DNA of 63,709 nt, the filler included, from Asterionella formosa (lineage: Eukaryota), in assembly GCA_002256025.1 (NCBI GenBank). It is 8 parts of 8 records of this genome, joined end to end, with 100 filler letters (N's around TTAATTAATTAA, not from the genome) between each part and the next. Parts side by side here need not be neighbours in the genome. Positions count along the whole stretch, not along the records: positions 47,909 to 55,777 come from NKIB01012371.1; positions 55,878 to 63,709 come from NKIB01012373.1; 6 more parts are not named here. One strand, written 5' to 3'. Below the pieces are notes generated by a model. It had not been told where the DNA came from. It searched no databases and saw only the letters and a list, made by a program, of their open reading frames with translations. How positions within the stretch are numbered: position 1 is the stretch's first letter; each line of letters starts with the position of its first letter. Shown here piece after piece: positions 51,589-63,539 of the stretch. The position numbers and the translations under genes are program-made.

Positions 51589-53398
51589 ATGGGAACGTAC
51601 CTGTCCACTCCTGTCGTAGACAAGGGCGAGGAGAGCGGGGAAACTCTGGAGTGTGAATCATCTCCGTTGGCCTGGGGTGTCGTAGATATGCAGGGATGGC
51701 GGAAATCGATGGAGGATGCTCATGTGGCACAAACCAACGTCTCAGTTCCGCCGCATCTGAAGCTGGTCAGCGCTGCGGATGACAGTCCAGCCACTGGAGA
51801 TGCAAAGGTATTTGGAGTCTTTGATGGCCATGGCGGACCAGAAGTGGCCAGATTTTGTCAGTTGTACATTGTGGATGTCCTGACCAAGCAAATGGCTTGG
51901 CTGGAAGAAGCACGCACGAAGGCTAGTCCCAACGATCATGCTTCTACTCCTGTTGGGCTGGCATTGATTCATACTTTTCATGCTCTGGATCGCATGATAG
52001 ACGACATGAAGCGACGGTGAGTACTGGGAAGAATTCGTTTCAATCAACGCTTGCATATTCCTCTAGTCGGCTCTGCTTTCTGACACAAAACTGACATACA
52101 CATAGCGACGAATTGATAGCCTTGAGAGCCTTCAAACCACCGTATGCAGAGCGTCGAACAACGGATAGTATACCTATTCCTCCTGTAAAAGATGAGCCAA
52201 GCACCTTCGTTGAGATTGCTATGAATACAGCACATACAAAGAACAAAGAAACCAACACACCGGAAGAAGCAAAGGCACACGATACTACGATTCAAGAAAC
52301 CAAGATCGAAGGGCCATCATCAGATAAAGATGTCCTCAAGCCTTCAAAACTAATTCCACCCTCAACGGCAACAGAATCAGGAGACGAAAACGAGGATGAC
52401 GACAGCAATGAGCCTGCCGGCAAGGAAAATGCGTCCAAGGATCAAGATCTCATGCTAGATGACGACGGCGAGGAAGATCAACCTGGGAATGTGGCAGTGA
52501 TGTTGCAAAAGATTTTACCCTTGACTGGAGGAAGCGGTCAAGTTGAAATCGGTGAGTGTTTTTAGATAAATAATTTTTTGAAGATTGCTAATATTTTAGT
52601 GCATTGCATCTCACCCAAGAATTTTTTGTCATGGGACAACAGATCATATTCCCAAGTCACCTGACAAGCCAAAGTCAGCAGCCCCAACAAGCAAGCCCAA
52701 AATCATTGCTTCCATCACTCAAAATGGAAGACTGGTACGGACATCACTGAGAAATTCTTTTTGTTATTATAGTTTTGTTTGTGCAATCACCTTACCACAA
52801 ATTGTTCTTGCTTCTACAGATTTGTAACCTTCCAGATCACACTATTCATGCTGGCTGTACAGCAATCGTAGCAGTTATTATTGGACGTACACTAACTGTT
52901 GCAAATGCTGGGGATTCCCGAGCTGTCCTTTGTAGGGCAGGTGGTAAGACAGAAGCATTAAGTTTTGACCACAAACCACAGCAAGATCGAGAAATGGAGA
53001 GAATTCACAAGGCTGGTGGATTCGTCAACCAATTCGGGCGTGTGAATGGAAACTTGAACCTTTCTCGATCCATTGGTGATCTGAAATATAAACAAGTTCC
53101 TGGAATTCCCCCAGCTGGACAAATGATTACAGCGGAACCTGATATTGTTCAGGCAATTCTGCATCCAAATGACGAATTCATTATTTTGGGTTGTGATGGT
53201 ATTTGGGATTGCCTCACTAACGAACAGGCGGTAAAATATGTGAGAGAGCGAATTGACACCAAGACGCCAGTAGAGATTGGAATTGAGATGCTAGATGAAA
53301 TCATTAGTGAAGATCCTCGATCTACCCAAGGTATTGGTGGAGATAATATGACAATTATGGTTATTGATTTGCAACCGCAGCAACGAGCCTACCGGTGA
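51589..53398 (+). CDS. Protein phosphatase 2C (PPM1G-like, acidic insert, myristoylation-type MGTYLS start), 4 exons
   Basis: Motifs MQGWRKSMED, VFDGHGG, ANAGDSR, LSRSIGD, CDGIWD and GGDNMT. Introns 52017-52105, 52552-52642 and 52735-52819. Confidence 0.95.
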
Positions 53399-53519
53399 AA
53401 ACTCTATTATTAAAAGTCTCAGTAAGGTAAACAATGTCATTATATTTGTCAAAACATTTCTGACAACGGCTGCATTCAGTAGGTAACAACCCAATAGTAT
53501 AGGGTTGGGCAACCATTAT

Positions 53520-55445
53520 TTAAGGAGTCAGACGCTTGGGGTCACGAGGGAACCAGGCTGCCTTTCGAATGTTGGGCAGCCCTAAAAATAGCATAACGAC
53601 ACGCTCAAGTCCAATACCTCCGCCACCATGGGGAAGAGCACCATTACGGAATGAGTTCACATAATCCTGAATCGTTGAAACATCGATTCCCCATGCTTTG
53701 GCCCGTTCTTCCAACAAGTCTGGGTCATGAACACGCTGAGCCCCCGACAAAATTTCTTGTCCACGAATGAAAAAGTCATAGCTATTAGACAACTTTGGGT
53801 TTTCTGGACAGGGCATGGTGTAAAATGGCCGGACCGAAAGGGGATATTTGTCCATAAAGAAAAAATCAGTACCATATGTCTTTTTGACAATGTCGCCAAG
53901 TTTCTTTTCGTGTTCCGTGCTCAAGTCTTCGTAGTCGTCCTGATCGATACCAGCACCACGCAGCAGAGCACAGCCTTCGGCATACGTTAACTTCAAAGTG
54001 GGCCGCAAGTATTGTAGATCCTCAAAGGGATGCTGCTCTCGAACTCGTTCCAGTTCATTCTTGCACCGCTCGTTGATGCCATCAAAAATGTAAATGAACA
54101 AGTCACTAAATACATCCAATACTTCATCATAATGCTCGTGAATAGCCATTTCCAAATCGAATCCAGTGAATTCGCACAAATGTCTTCTAGTGTTTGAGTT
54201 CTCGGCTCGAAAGACTGGACCGGTCTCAAAGACGCGTTCAAACCCTGAACAGGCACATGCCATTTGTTTATGTAGTTGGGGGCTCATCGCAAGGCAGGCA
54301 GGTTGACCAAAGTAATTGAGAGTAAATACATCAGATCCGCCTTCTGACGCTCCTCCAATCAACTTGGGTGTGTGTAATTCCACAAAGCCCTTTTGAACCA
54401 AACACTCCCTAAAGAAGTGTCCCACCATGGATTCGATACGAAAGATGGATTGATTGGCAGGTGTGCGTAAATCAACCCAACGATAGTCCAAACGTATCTT
54501 TTGTCCGACATGAACAAGACCATCTTCACTGGGTTTTTCTTCATCGTCTTCATTGTAGGCTCCAACATCTGTTTCCTTGCCATCGTCAGGGCGGCACGCG
54601 TCCTCCATCTGAAACGGCATGGCTACCTTCGCCTTACAAATGCAATGAAAATTAGTGATCTGGATTTCCACCATTTTCTGGGTAGCCGAATCGACGGGTT
54701 CGTTGGGTACAGTCACGATACCCTTCATATCTACGACAGATTCGGAGGGCATTGTCCCGATGTACTTGACCATGGCGGGAGAAACGTCCTTGCTTTCAAA
54801 ACAGACTCCTTGTACAGTATACAAGGAAGAACGAATGAGCACAAATACTCCCTTGCCCACCAAACGCACTGTTTGTACAAAACCACGGACCAGTACTTGG
54901 TTGCCTGCCAAATTGGGCTTTAGCTCTTGAATCTCAGTCCAAACTTTGGCGGTAAATTCCTGAGACTGCACCATGACCGCATCTCCAAAATTGCTGTCCT
55001 GTCCGGCTCCTGAAATCTTTTCAGTCTTCGCTTTCTCGCGAGCTTCCCGCTCCAATCGGTTGGCTAACTTCTGAGCTTCCTTCTGAGCCTTGGCGGCGGC
55101 TTTGGCTGCATTCTTCTCCTTGTTCTTGTCGGACGCTTCCTGTGGAACTGCCGTCTCCTTCTTCGCCTTGGAGGGCGCTCCGAATTCCGATCCGGTGATG
55201 CTCTTGAATTTGTTCTGTTATTGTTGTAGATACAGATGGATGTTAGAGTGCCTGGCGAACGACGCTATGCAGCACGGAAGGACGCGAACAATCGGACTTA
55301 CCTTCAAGGCCAGCATCTCCTGAAGCGAGGGTTCCCATTCTTCCTTGGGTTTCTTTTCGGTTTTGCCACTCTTCACTATCTCTCCCAGTTCAGCAATGCG
55401 GGCTGTGAGTTCTTCGACACTCGGATCGTTTTCAGTGCTGCTCAT
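53520..55445 (-). CDS. DARS1: Cytosolic aspartyl-tRNA synthetase with N-terminal WHEP-like domain (2 exons)
   Basis: Motifs SEGGS, SPQLHKQ, FRAENSNTRRHLCEF, GQEILSGAQR, GGGIGLER and FPRDP. Intron 55301-55215. Confidence 0.96.
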
Positions 55446-55589
55446 GGTCAAGAAGAATCTATATCCGCGCGGCTATGAATTATTGGTCAATCTCTGAATG
55501 AAATCATGCGGTCCTGATGTGCTACGGTACAGTATGTACCAGCCATCCGGCGTGCGAAGTAATATCGTACAGCATCATGCAGTACCAGG

Positions 55590-55777
55590 TGAGCGATCTT
55601 GCGCATCAATACAGATGTATATAGGGTTAGTGTTATATCATATATGAATAAGAACTCAATAATGAGAGAACTCGACTAACCCTCATTGTATACTTTGGTG
55701 TCGACTTGGAGAACGAGTTACACACAAGGATTAACAAATAAGCTCATATATTCAACAAATACTACTACTTCTAGTTA
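55590..55777 (+). mobile_element. Ty3/gypsy LTR (putative 5' LTR, cut by gap)
   Basis: Identical by eye to the reverse complement of 63327-63514. Starts TG and is preceded by CCAGG. Confidence 0.8.
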
Positions 55778-55877
55778 NNNNNNNNNNNNNNNNNNNNNNN
55801 NNNNNNNNNNNNNNNNNNNNNTTAATTAATTAANNNNNNNNNNNNNNNNNNNNNNNNNNNNNNNNNNNNNNNNNNNN

Positions 55878-56363
55878 ACAACTGGGTTCCAAAAAGACGA
55901 CATTTTTGTTGTCATGCTTCTTCAGCCAATGCAATGTGAGATGAATCAATTGCGACGCATTTTCTTCCGTGCAAAAGTATTGGCCCCACTGAGAGGATTC
56001 TTGCCACGACAGTATCCAGAAACGATATGCCTTGCTGCTCTGATGCGTTCCCTGTTTCATTTCGTATACCGAAACCACTCTTCTTGAGGTAATTGCAAGT
56101 TGGATTTCATTTTCATCTGTCCATCCGTTTGTGGATGCTTGTGGAGCAACAAGCAGATCCTGGACTAGGAGGTGATACATCGTTCGTGTATTCTTGTTAT
56201 CCTTTTTCTGAACAAGGAATTCGCTATTGTTGATGATATCCCTTGTGGTCACATGATCTTACGTCGATGTTCTGCTTCGTGGGTTCATCAACACCAGTTC
56301 ACCAAGAACTGTTTCTTGATAGTGTACCAATTCCTCATCATTGTATTCCCTTATCATATTCAT
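55878..56363 (-). pseudogene. Inverted, frameshifted paralog of the 5' part of the DUF6824 gene
   Basis: Shares MNMIREYNDEEL and PQASTNGWTDE with the 57862 ORF, plus upstream sequence. Frames break, and it runs into a gap. Confidence 0.75.
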
Positions 56364-56963
56364 TTCCGACTTATTTGGGGCAACGATTTGATAATGTTAG
56401 ATTTGGTTGATGTCGTATTAGGTGCCTCTCTGACTCAATTGGAAAGTGATATAGCAATGACTCTGCAGTGATTCTTTCAACCAAATCGCAATGGCCAAAT
56501 AGCACATCAAGCATAAACAAATTATTGTTTGACGACTCAGCCAAGGCCGGAATTTTACAACTGAAACGAGTAAAAGTACCGATCGACATTCATTGATCAG
56601 GCCTTCGATTGTTTTACCGTTTTAAATGATAAAAGATGTTCCGGGGTACTGGCTATTTCCTTTCCTTTTATCTTATTGGCTAAAGCAAAACCGCTGAGCA
56701 ACTCATTTTCGAAAAGATGTCTTGAAAGACTGTTTTCTATTTAAATAACCCATTTAAGTCGTTTGGAATTGTCCTCTCGTCCGGTGCTGCTTGAAGGCAA
56801 CCAAATTTTCGGCGCCCTGCTAGTCGGAGTAACTGGTACTCCCTACCAGGTACCCAATGTACAGTGACACACAAGCATTCTTGCTAATCACCATCAAGTA
56901 CTGGCATTAGCTACAGGTACCCTCGCACCTTGCGCTATCTTAATACCGGTATCCATGTGAGTA

Positions 56964-57186
56964 AGCGCGATGTTCAATTCGGGATCGGAAGTGCATACAG
57001 GTAAAATCAGCAATTTTCAATCGATGCCTTTATGACATAAGGGAAGATAAATGTTGTCTGTACATACCCTAGTACCAGATAACCAGATGCACACGATCGT
57101 ACAGATGGGTATTAAATAGACAACTATTTAAATGTATCGGCGATTTGGACAATAAGCATTTCCGATCCCGAATTGGTTGTCGCGCT
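56964..57186. mobile_element. MITE-like element with about 30-bp imperfect TIRs
   Basis: AGCGCGA....CAATTCGGGATCGGAAgTGC at the left and its reverse complement GCAtTTCCGATCCCGAATTG....TCGCGCT at the right. Confidence 0.55.
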
Positions 57187-57861
57187 CTTAAAGTTACCAC
57201 TTGGTCACTTTGCGAGAACAAATTTGAAAAAAAGAATTAAGCTATTAAGGGAATTTTGACAGTTTGACAGAGCTGGTGTATCATGTCTTATTTAGGAAGG
57301 TTCATTTCTTAAGTTTTTCATTCCTTGCCACAGGAATTGCTATATAGATACTATGTTTTGTGACCCCGTGTTTTAAATTTTTTGAAGAGGAAAAGAACTG
57401 ACTTATGTGACATTCTTGTCAGGAAACATTGTTACTGGTAATTGTTACTGGTATTACATAGAGAATAAAGAATGCATGAGTTGTGTGCCACGTGTCTGAA
57501 TGAATAGGTTTGACCCTCAGTTTGAGGGCCAATCAAAAATAAGTATCACGTTAAATTCGTACGAATTCGAATTTAGGATTTTGAAGCAAGGAATGTTAGT
57601 TACACTTTCTCCTGGGTCTTATGAAAAACGAACTTTCGGTATTATCTTGTGTTTCATTCATAAAGAGAAGACGATCCAGCGTTAGGAAATTGTTCCAACC
57701 CAAATTTATTCTTGTTATAGCAAACTCAGCAGTTGCACTTTGGGTTTCAAGAATCACTGCCGTGCCATTGCTTTATCATTTTCCAATTAAGTCAGAGAGG
57801 CACCTAATACGACATCAACCAAATCTTACATTATCAAATCGTTGCCCCAAATTAGTCGGAA

Positions 57862-59001
57862 ATGAATATGATAAGGGAATACAATGATGAGGAATTGCCA
57901 CTCTTTCAAGAAACAGTTCTTGGTGAACTTGTGTTGATGAACCCAAGAAGCAAAACATCGACGTCAGATCATGTGACCACAAGGGATACCATCAACAATT
58001 TCCAATTCTTTGATAAGAAAGAGTATAAGAAGAATACACTCAAGAAGTATCGCCTCCTAGCCCAGGAACCGTTTGTTTCTCCACAAGCATCCACAAATGG
58101 ATGGACGGATGAAATTGAAGTGCCGCCTTGCAATTACCTCAAGAAGGGTGGTTCCTGTATTCAAAACGAAGCAGAGAACGCTGAGTCAGTGCAGCAGGGC
58201 GTTTTGCGCCTGGATGAACCTTTTTTCAACTGTCGTGGAATGTCCGACAGGGATGAAAATGAACCGAACATGACATCTCCTTTCATCGAACAGGAAATAC
58301 CTCAGCCTGATAGTTCTAGTGGAGATATGATTTCTGATGCGCCCCGGGCAAATGATATCCTTTGTGCCAAGGGAAAGGGATCCTTCGACCATGTTGGTAA
58401 CCGAAAGTTTCGATCTTGTATTGCTTCCCACTACCAAGCATATTCGAACGCCAGAAGCCGTTCTGAAAAATCCAGCCTGATTCGATCAATTGTTACTCAT
58501 CTTGTGCAAGAGAAAGACTGTCGTTTCCTCAAGCGCAAGTCCAAGAACGACCATTGGTACGACATTGGTTTCAAGGGTGCGGAATGCAAGGTGGCACATT
58601 CCTTCCGAGATGCCCGCACCGACCGTAACAAAAGTATTTATAAATTACACCAGTTGGTAAGACAGGTGGTATCACGACCTTTGTTGGTACCACTCAATCC
58701 TACTTCACCGCATGAGATCAATGATATGGAGGTCTACCAAGAACAGTCCTCACCCGCCGATCAATTGTCCAATGTATCATTTGCAGTTCGGAGATATCAC
58801 TACTACCCCCCAGTATCTCCGCCTGCTGGATCTTGCTTTTGCTCACGTGCATTGGATGACTTTAACGAAATGAGCTTGCTTGACCTGGAAGATTTATTTC
58901 ATGATAACATCATCCGGAGCAACGACATATCGACATCATCCCTCATTCAGTCCACCATTTTGAATGATAAAATCGAATGTAGCTGTCAGGTGAGATACTA
59001 G
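57862..59001 (+). CDS. DUF6824-domain protein (diatom-expanded family)
   Basis: PRANDILCAKG...HVGNRKFR...Y...EK...IV...RFLK...W...KVAHSFRD. Confidence 0.85.
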   Translation: MNMIREYNDEELPLFQETVLGELVLMNPRSKTSTSDHVTTRDTINNFQFFDKKEYKKNTLKKYRLLAQEPFVSPQASTNGWTDEIEVPPCNYLKKGGSCIQNEAENAESVQQGVLRLDEPFFNCRGMSDRDENEPNMTSPFIEQEIPQPDSSSGDMISDAPRANDILCAKGKGSFDHVGNRKFRSCIASHYQAYSNARSRSEKSSLIRSIVTHLVQEKDCRFLKRKSKNDHWYDIGFKGAECKVAHSFRDARTDRNKSIYKLHQLVRQVVSRPLLVPLNPTSPHEINDMEVYQEQSSPADQLSNVSFAVRRYHYYPPVSPPAGSCFCSRALDDFNEMSLLDLEDLFHDNIIRSNDISTSSLIQSTILNDKIECSCQVRY

Positions 59002-59344
59002 AAACAAGGTAATTGAACATATTAATTGTTAGAAAAGAATCCTGCGTTGGTGTACAAGTGATTTCATTTGTTAGTTTGCTTGATAACACGAACTATATAA
59101 CAAAAACAATTTTCACCCACCGCATTCATGACAATGATTATCAGCTTTACAAGCAAGTCTCGATCAACATCATCATTTTCTTATTATAATGATGGATGCT
59201 GGAGTAAGAAAGCATTTGAAAGGATGGCGGGGGGGGGGGGGGGGGGGTTTTTTTTATTTTTTAATTTTTTTNNNNNNNNNCCCCCCGCCCCCCCCCCCCC
59301 CCCCCGCCCCCCCCCCCCCCCCCCCCGTTATAGTTATCATCTTG

Positions 59345-60080
59345 CTTTTTTAGGATGGACAAGCAAACCAAGATGTCAAATAATGTTAAAAAAGTCCTGT
59401 TCAGTCATGTTAAAGTTCTCCTTAATGATATTTTTAATTTACTCCCTTTTATTTGGAGTTCCACAAATGGGGTACTGTCATCCATGCAGTGGAATGGCAA
59501 ACCATCAATTTGTCTATTCATTTCCAGCGCATTAAATACATTGGTTTGATATAACTCTTTGCGTTTCTTACCTCGTAATTTAGAGCTTTCATGAGCTTGC
59601 ATACATGCATGCCTAAATCAACTCCATTTATACCTTTTTGAGGGGTGCGTCTCAATATAAATGTCTTCATTGACATCAGCATTTAGGAATGCAGTGTCTA
59701 TTTCAATTGCTTGCCTCTGGTTGCCAGCCGTTGTACATCATTACTATGAGTACTGTTTTGATTGTTTCATCACTTTGACAGGAGGAGAATATGATTCAGT
59801 AAACTCGTGTGTCGACCCGTCAGCATGGAAGCTATATGGTGCAATAGTGACAAATGAATGAACGATGGCGAATCTTGGGTTTGACATGAGATTTCAATTC
59901 GTTTATTGTAAAGTGGCTGTGAACAACCAAGACATTGGAGTAATCATGGTATGGAAACAGATCGTGTTTAGGAATGAACAGTTGTTGCGATGGACAGCAA
60001 TCTGAGAAAAATTCATCTCTGGAGTTTTTAGTTTTAGCTCTTGTTAACAAGTAATGTGTGAAATCTGTTTTCAACTTCAG
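59345..60080 (-). mobile_element. Highly degraded Ty1/copia pol remnant
   Basis: Minus strand 59710-59581 reads IEIDTAFLNADVNEDIYIE, then VCKLMKAL after a frameshift (RVT_2 motifs), followed by MDD and KENFNMT. Confidence 0.7.
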
Positions 60081-60456
60081 TTTGGAGTCAAGTTATCACC
60101 AAAGCTAGTAATGCGAATAGTTGGATGAGTAAGCTCGCAGCTATTAACGTAAAATAGATACTTTAACGTACTAGTAAATAACTAGCAAACATGTACAAAG
60201 CTAGAAATGGATGGGTACAGCATTTCCTACTACATACTGAACGCTGCACGAACACAAATTATTCTGGTGATCTGCTACATAATATCATCCTTGCGCTCTG
60301 ATAATAGAGATATTTTAGATGACTTCTCTGACATTATATATATTTTTAACTTTAATTTTCAACAGTTAAATTTTCATATCGATGCATCCTCTTGTATGCT
60401 ATGCCGCCTCTTGCTCATTATATGCATGAGTTCTATATATTCATCATCGTTGGTCA

Positions 60457-61659
60457 ATGACCATGTCAACTTTCATCTCATCTCATGATGATGATGATGA
60501 CATTATGATCACATTGCTACTGTTAGCAATGTGCTATCCACCAGTAAATAGGACGCCATCGTTCAGGGAAAATTTGACTGTTGATGAGGTCAGAAGAAGA
60601 AGTGGCAAAATCCGTTGCCACGCACTACAGCATCCATTATCGAGTCCATTCTGGACTTTGTTCAACAGCAAGCATGATGATGCTCTGATTACCTTGTGTG
60701 GGTTTGACCATGCTTCTTTCGAGCTCCTACACCAGCTGTTCAAACCTTGTTTTTATTCCTTCACTCCCTGTAGGAAAAATACGGATTTCATTGTTAGAAA
60801 TTCAACAACAAAGAAAGATCGGCAAAGATACCTCTGTTCCATCAGTTGTCTAGCGCTTGGGTTAGCATGGACCAGGACTCGTGGTTCCTATATGATTCTT
60901 CAGATTATTTTCGGATTAACTCATGGTTCTTTGAGTGTTTGGTTGAGGTTTTCAAGGCGAATGATTGTAAAAGTACTGCTGACACATGAAGATGCCGTTG
61001 TGAGACTGCCTACTGCAGACAAAGCCACCTTGTTTGCAACCATGATCAATCAGAAATACCCACTTATAACAAATTGTTGGGGAGCAATGGATGGTCTGAA
61101 ACTGACCCTGCAACGGGCTGGAAATGAAACACAGCAGAACAACTTCTACAATGGATGGACCCATGAACACTATGTGACAAACTTGTTTCTTTTTTCGCCT
61201 GATGGAAAAATTCGCTGCTCATATTTCAATGCACCTGGTGTTCTACATGACTCCAGCATTTCAATTTGGTCATCGATCTATGATCAGATTGAAACAGTTT
61301 ACAGGGATACAGGCAAAAAAGTAGTTGTGGATTCAGCATCTGCATCTAAAAAATCAAATGCAATGTTGAAATCGCATCAAAAAAATGTTGATGCAAATGG
61401 TAATCCTTGACAAAGATTTGGTATGAATCGCCAAGCCACCTCCATCCGACAGCTGTCGGAATGGGGAATGCAATGCCTTCAGGGATCATTTCCAAGAATC
61501 AAAGACAAATTTCGTTATGAAGAAAAAGGTGAGAGAAAATTTATTCTCCAAATGATTGTATTGCTCTACAACTTTCGTGCTAGCAAAGTTGGTCAGAACC
61601 AAATTGCTTCAGTGTATATGCCCTATTTGCATAGGAATGCAAATAGATATGACATGTAA
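60457..61659 (+). pseudogene. DDE_Tnp_4-type transposase with one premature TGA (61408-61410)
   Basis: Motifs GAMDG, HDS, VVVDS and, in frame after the stop, RQLSEWGMQCLQGSFPR...LLYNFR. Confidence 0.85.
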
Positions 61660-61733
61660 TTCAAAGAAATTATTCCTTCATGATTATTTAGCACCACTTC
61701 TTTCACATTATATTAGAATGAATTAATTTAAGG

Positions 61734-62921
61734 TTATTCGTCATCACTACTACTGCTACCACTGTTGTTTTTTGGTGTTTGACATTGAGTTGAGGCAGAC
61801 AAAGTTTGTTGTGCATTGGCACCTGCTGTTGAGTTTAGATTTTGGCTTTGCATTGTTTGCTGCATTGAAATCATGATTGAAGCAATAATTGAATTCAAAA
61901 TTGCCTGAGTGGGATTGGCACTGTCAGTGGAGGTGGTTGTTTGAGATACCCCATGATTCAACAATGATGCCATGATTGACATCATCATCATGTTCATCAT
62001 GTTCTGTTGCTGCAGTTGTTGCTGCTGCAGGTTATCAGTATCAGTTCGAGTAGCCTTGTGAAGCAACTGTGTCGAAAGAAGAGAAAGCACTTTCTCAACA
62101 GGCCCAGTATTGTTTGACACTGCCTTATCTCTATATTGAGGGGACACCATAGGTCGAGGAAATCTTGAACCAGAAAAATTAGCATAAGCGGCAGATGTTG
62201 CTCCACCATTGTCTTCACTCTCCCCAGAAATCGCTATAAAATCATCATCAACATTTGGCTCATCAATATTGGGCTCATTGGGCTCTCTCTCTATTCCAAG
62301 ATCAATGGATTCAATCTCAGCACTTGCATCTTCTCATTGCTCGATTCTTCGAAAAATTTGTTTGGCATATCTCATCTCAGCAGGGCATGTTGAGTCCCCA
62401 GTTGGTTTCTTAACTTTGTGCAGTTGTGAAAACTTTCGGCGAAGTGAAGGTCCTGTCTGGGAAATTCTCGTTGTGCTGTGATGCAACAACTTCCCATTCA
62501 TGGGACCCAATTGGCAGGTGAGTAGAAATGGCTTCCAGCAATGAGAGCATCTCATTGATCCTGAACTGTTGACCCCGACTCTGCATGCTTTGGCGAGCTC
62601 TTGGAAACGTTGGTGCTTTCCTGGCAGTTGCCGTTCTTGAAACTGAACTAGTAGGAGCACGTGAAAAATCGATGTGGACTGAGTAACCCCAGAAACACCA
62701 ATCTGAGAAACACCTGGGACACCTATCCTACTGTCCTCATCGTCACTGGCAAACTCATCAGCACCAGTGTCATCTTCATTCTCGTCGTCATCCTCCTCCT
62801 CTTCTTCTGGTTGAGTCTGTTGTTGTTCTTGTTGCTGGTGACGGCGACGTTCAAGCAGCCTTGGAGAGGAAGGGAAGCCCTCCCTGGCTGCTCTCCTTTG
62901 ACCAGAAGAAGATGAAGACAT
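61734..62921 (-). pseudogene. Frameshifted Harbinger-associated second ORF (Myb/SANT-like, DUF6818-type motif)
   Basis: SLRRKFSQLHKVKKPTGDSTCPAEMRYAK, an acidic N-terminus and a QQ/MMMM-rich C-terminus. Confidence 0.65.
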
Positions 62922-63317
62922 GGCCGAAATGTAAAAGCAATGACAATCGATTTATTGAGGAAGTTGATTGATATGTAACAATATGCATATGTATATGCAT
63001 ACCTATTTTGGCAAGAGTAAGCCATTTTGAGTATGAGAAAGCAAGTCTTGAAATATTCCAGGAAATTCTATATAGTCATACATGTCTAAACATTTTTTTA
63101 TATAATGCACTGTTATTTATAACTGTAAAAATTTGTGTTTGTGTTGACCAAATTTTGGGGTTATGGATACAACGATTTGTGTCATCATACACATGATATA
63201 ATAATTTCTTTTTATCATCAGAGCGCGCCCAGTAGTGTAATAAGAACACCGAGGATCTGTTCCTTCTCTACATACATAGCAATTGAAATACAGTGGTGAA
63301 AAGAATAGAGTACCTGG

Positions 63318-63514
63318 TGAAGTATCTAACTAGAAGTAGTAGTATTTGTTGAATATATGAGCTTATTTGTTAATCCTTGTGTGTAACTCGTTCTCCAAGT
63401 CGACACCAAAGTATACAATGAGGGTTAGTCGAGTTCTCTCATTATTGAGTTCTTATTCATATATGATATAACACTAACCCTATATACATCTGTATTGATG
63501 CGCAAGATCGCTCA
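63318..63514 (-). mobile_element. Ty3/gypsy 3' LTR (197 bp)
   Basis: On the minus strand: PPT GTGTGGGAGAG, then TGAGCGATC...GATACTTCA, then CCAGG. Confidence 0.8.
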
Positions 63515-63539
63515 CTCTCCCACACCAAGGGAAAACCTT

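Larger units (their letters stand above)
60251..63226 (+). mobile_element. Near-complete two-gene PIF/Harbinger-like DNA transposon
   Basis: Convergent transposase and DNA-binding ORFs. The right end ...TTTTTATCATCAGAGCGC (63226) is the inverted match of the left TIR seen at 41887. The outer left TIR is missing in this copy. Confidence 0.8.

Noticed and set aside
59228..59326. Poly-G/poly-T/poly-C tract and the Gly/Pro-rich ORF 59128-59535
   Set aside because: Surrounds an N gap and looks like low-quality sequence. No credible protein or G-quadruplex claim.
61408..61410. In-frame TGA as possible selenocysteine or readthrough
   Set aside because: It lies in a transposase with other signs of decay and no SECIS was recognised. 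A CGA>TGA mutation is simpler.
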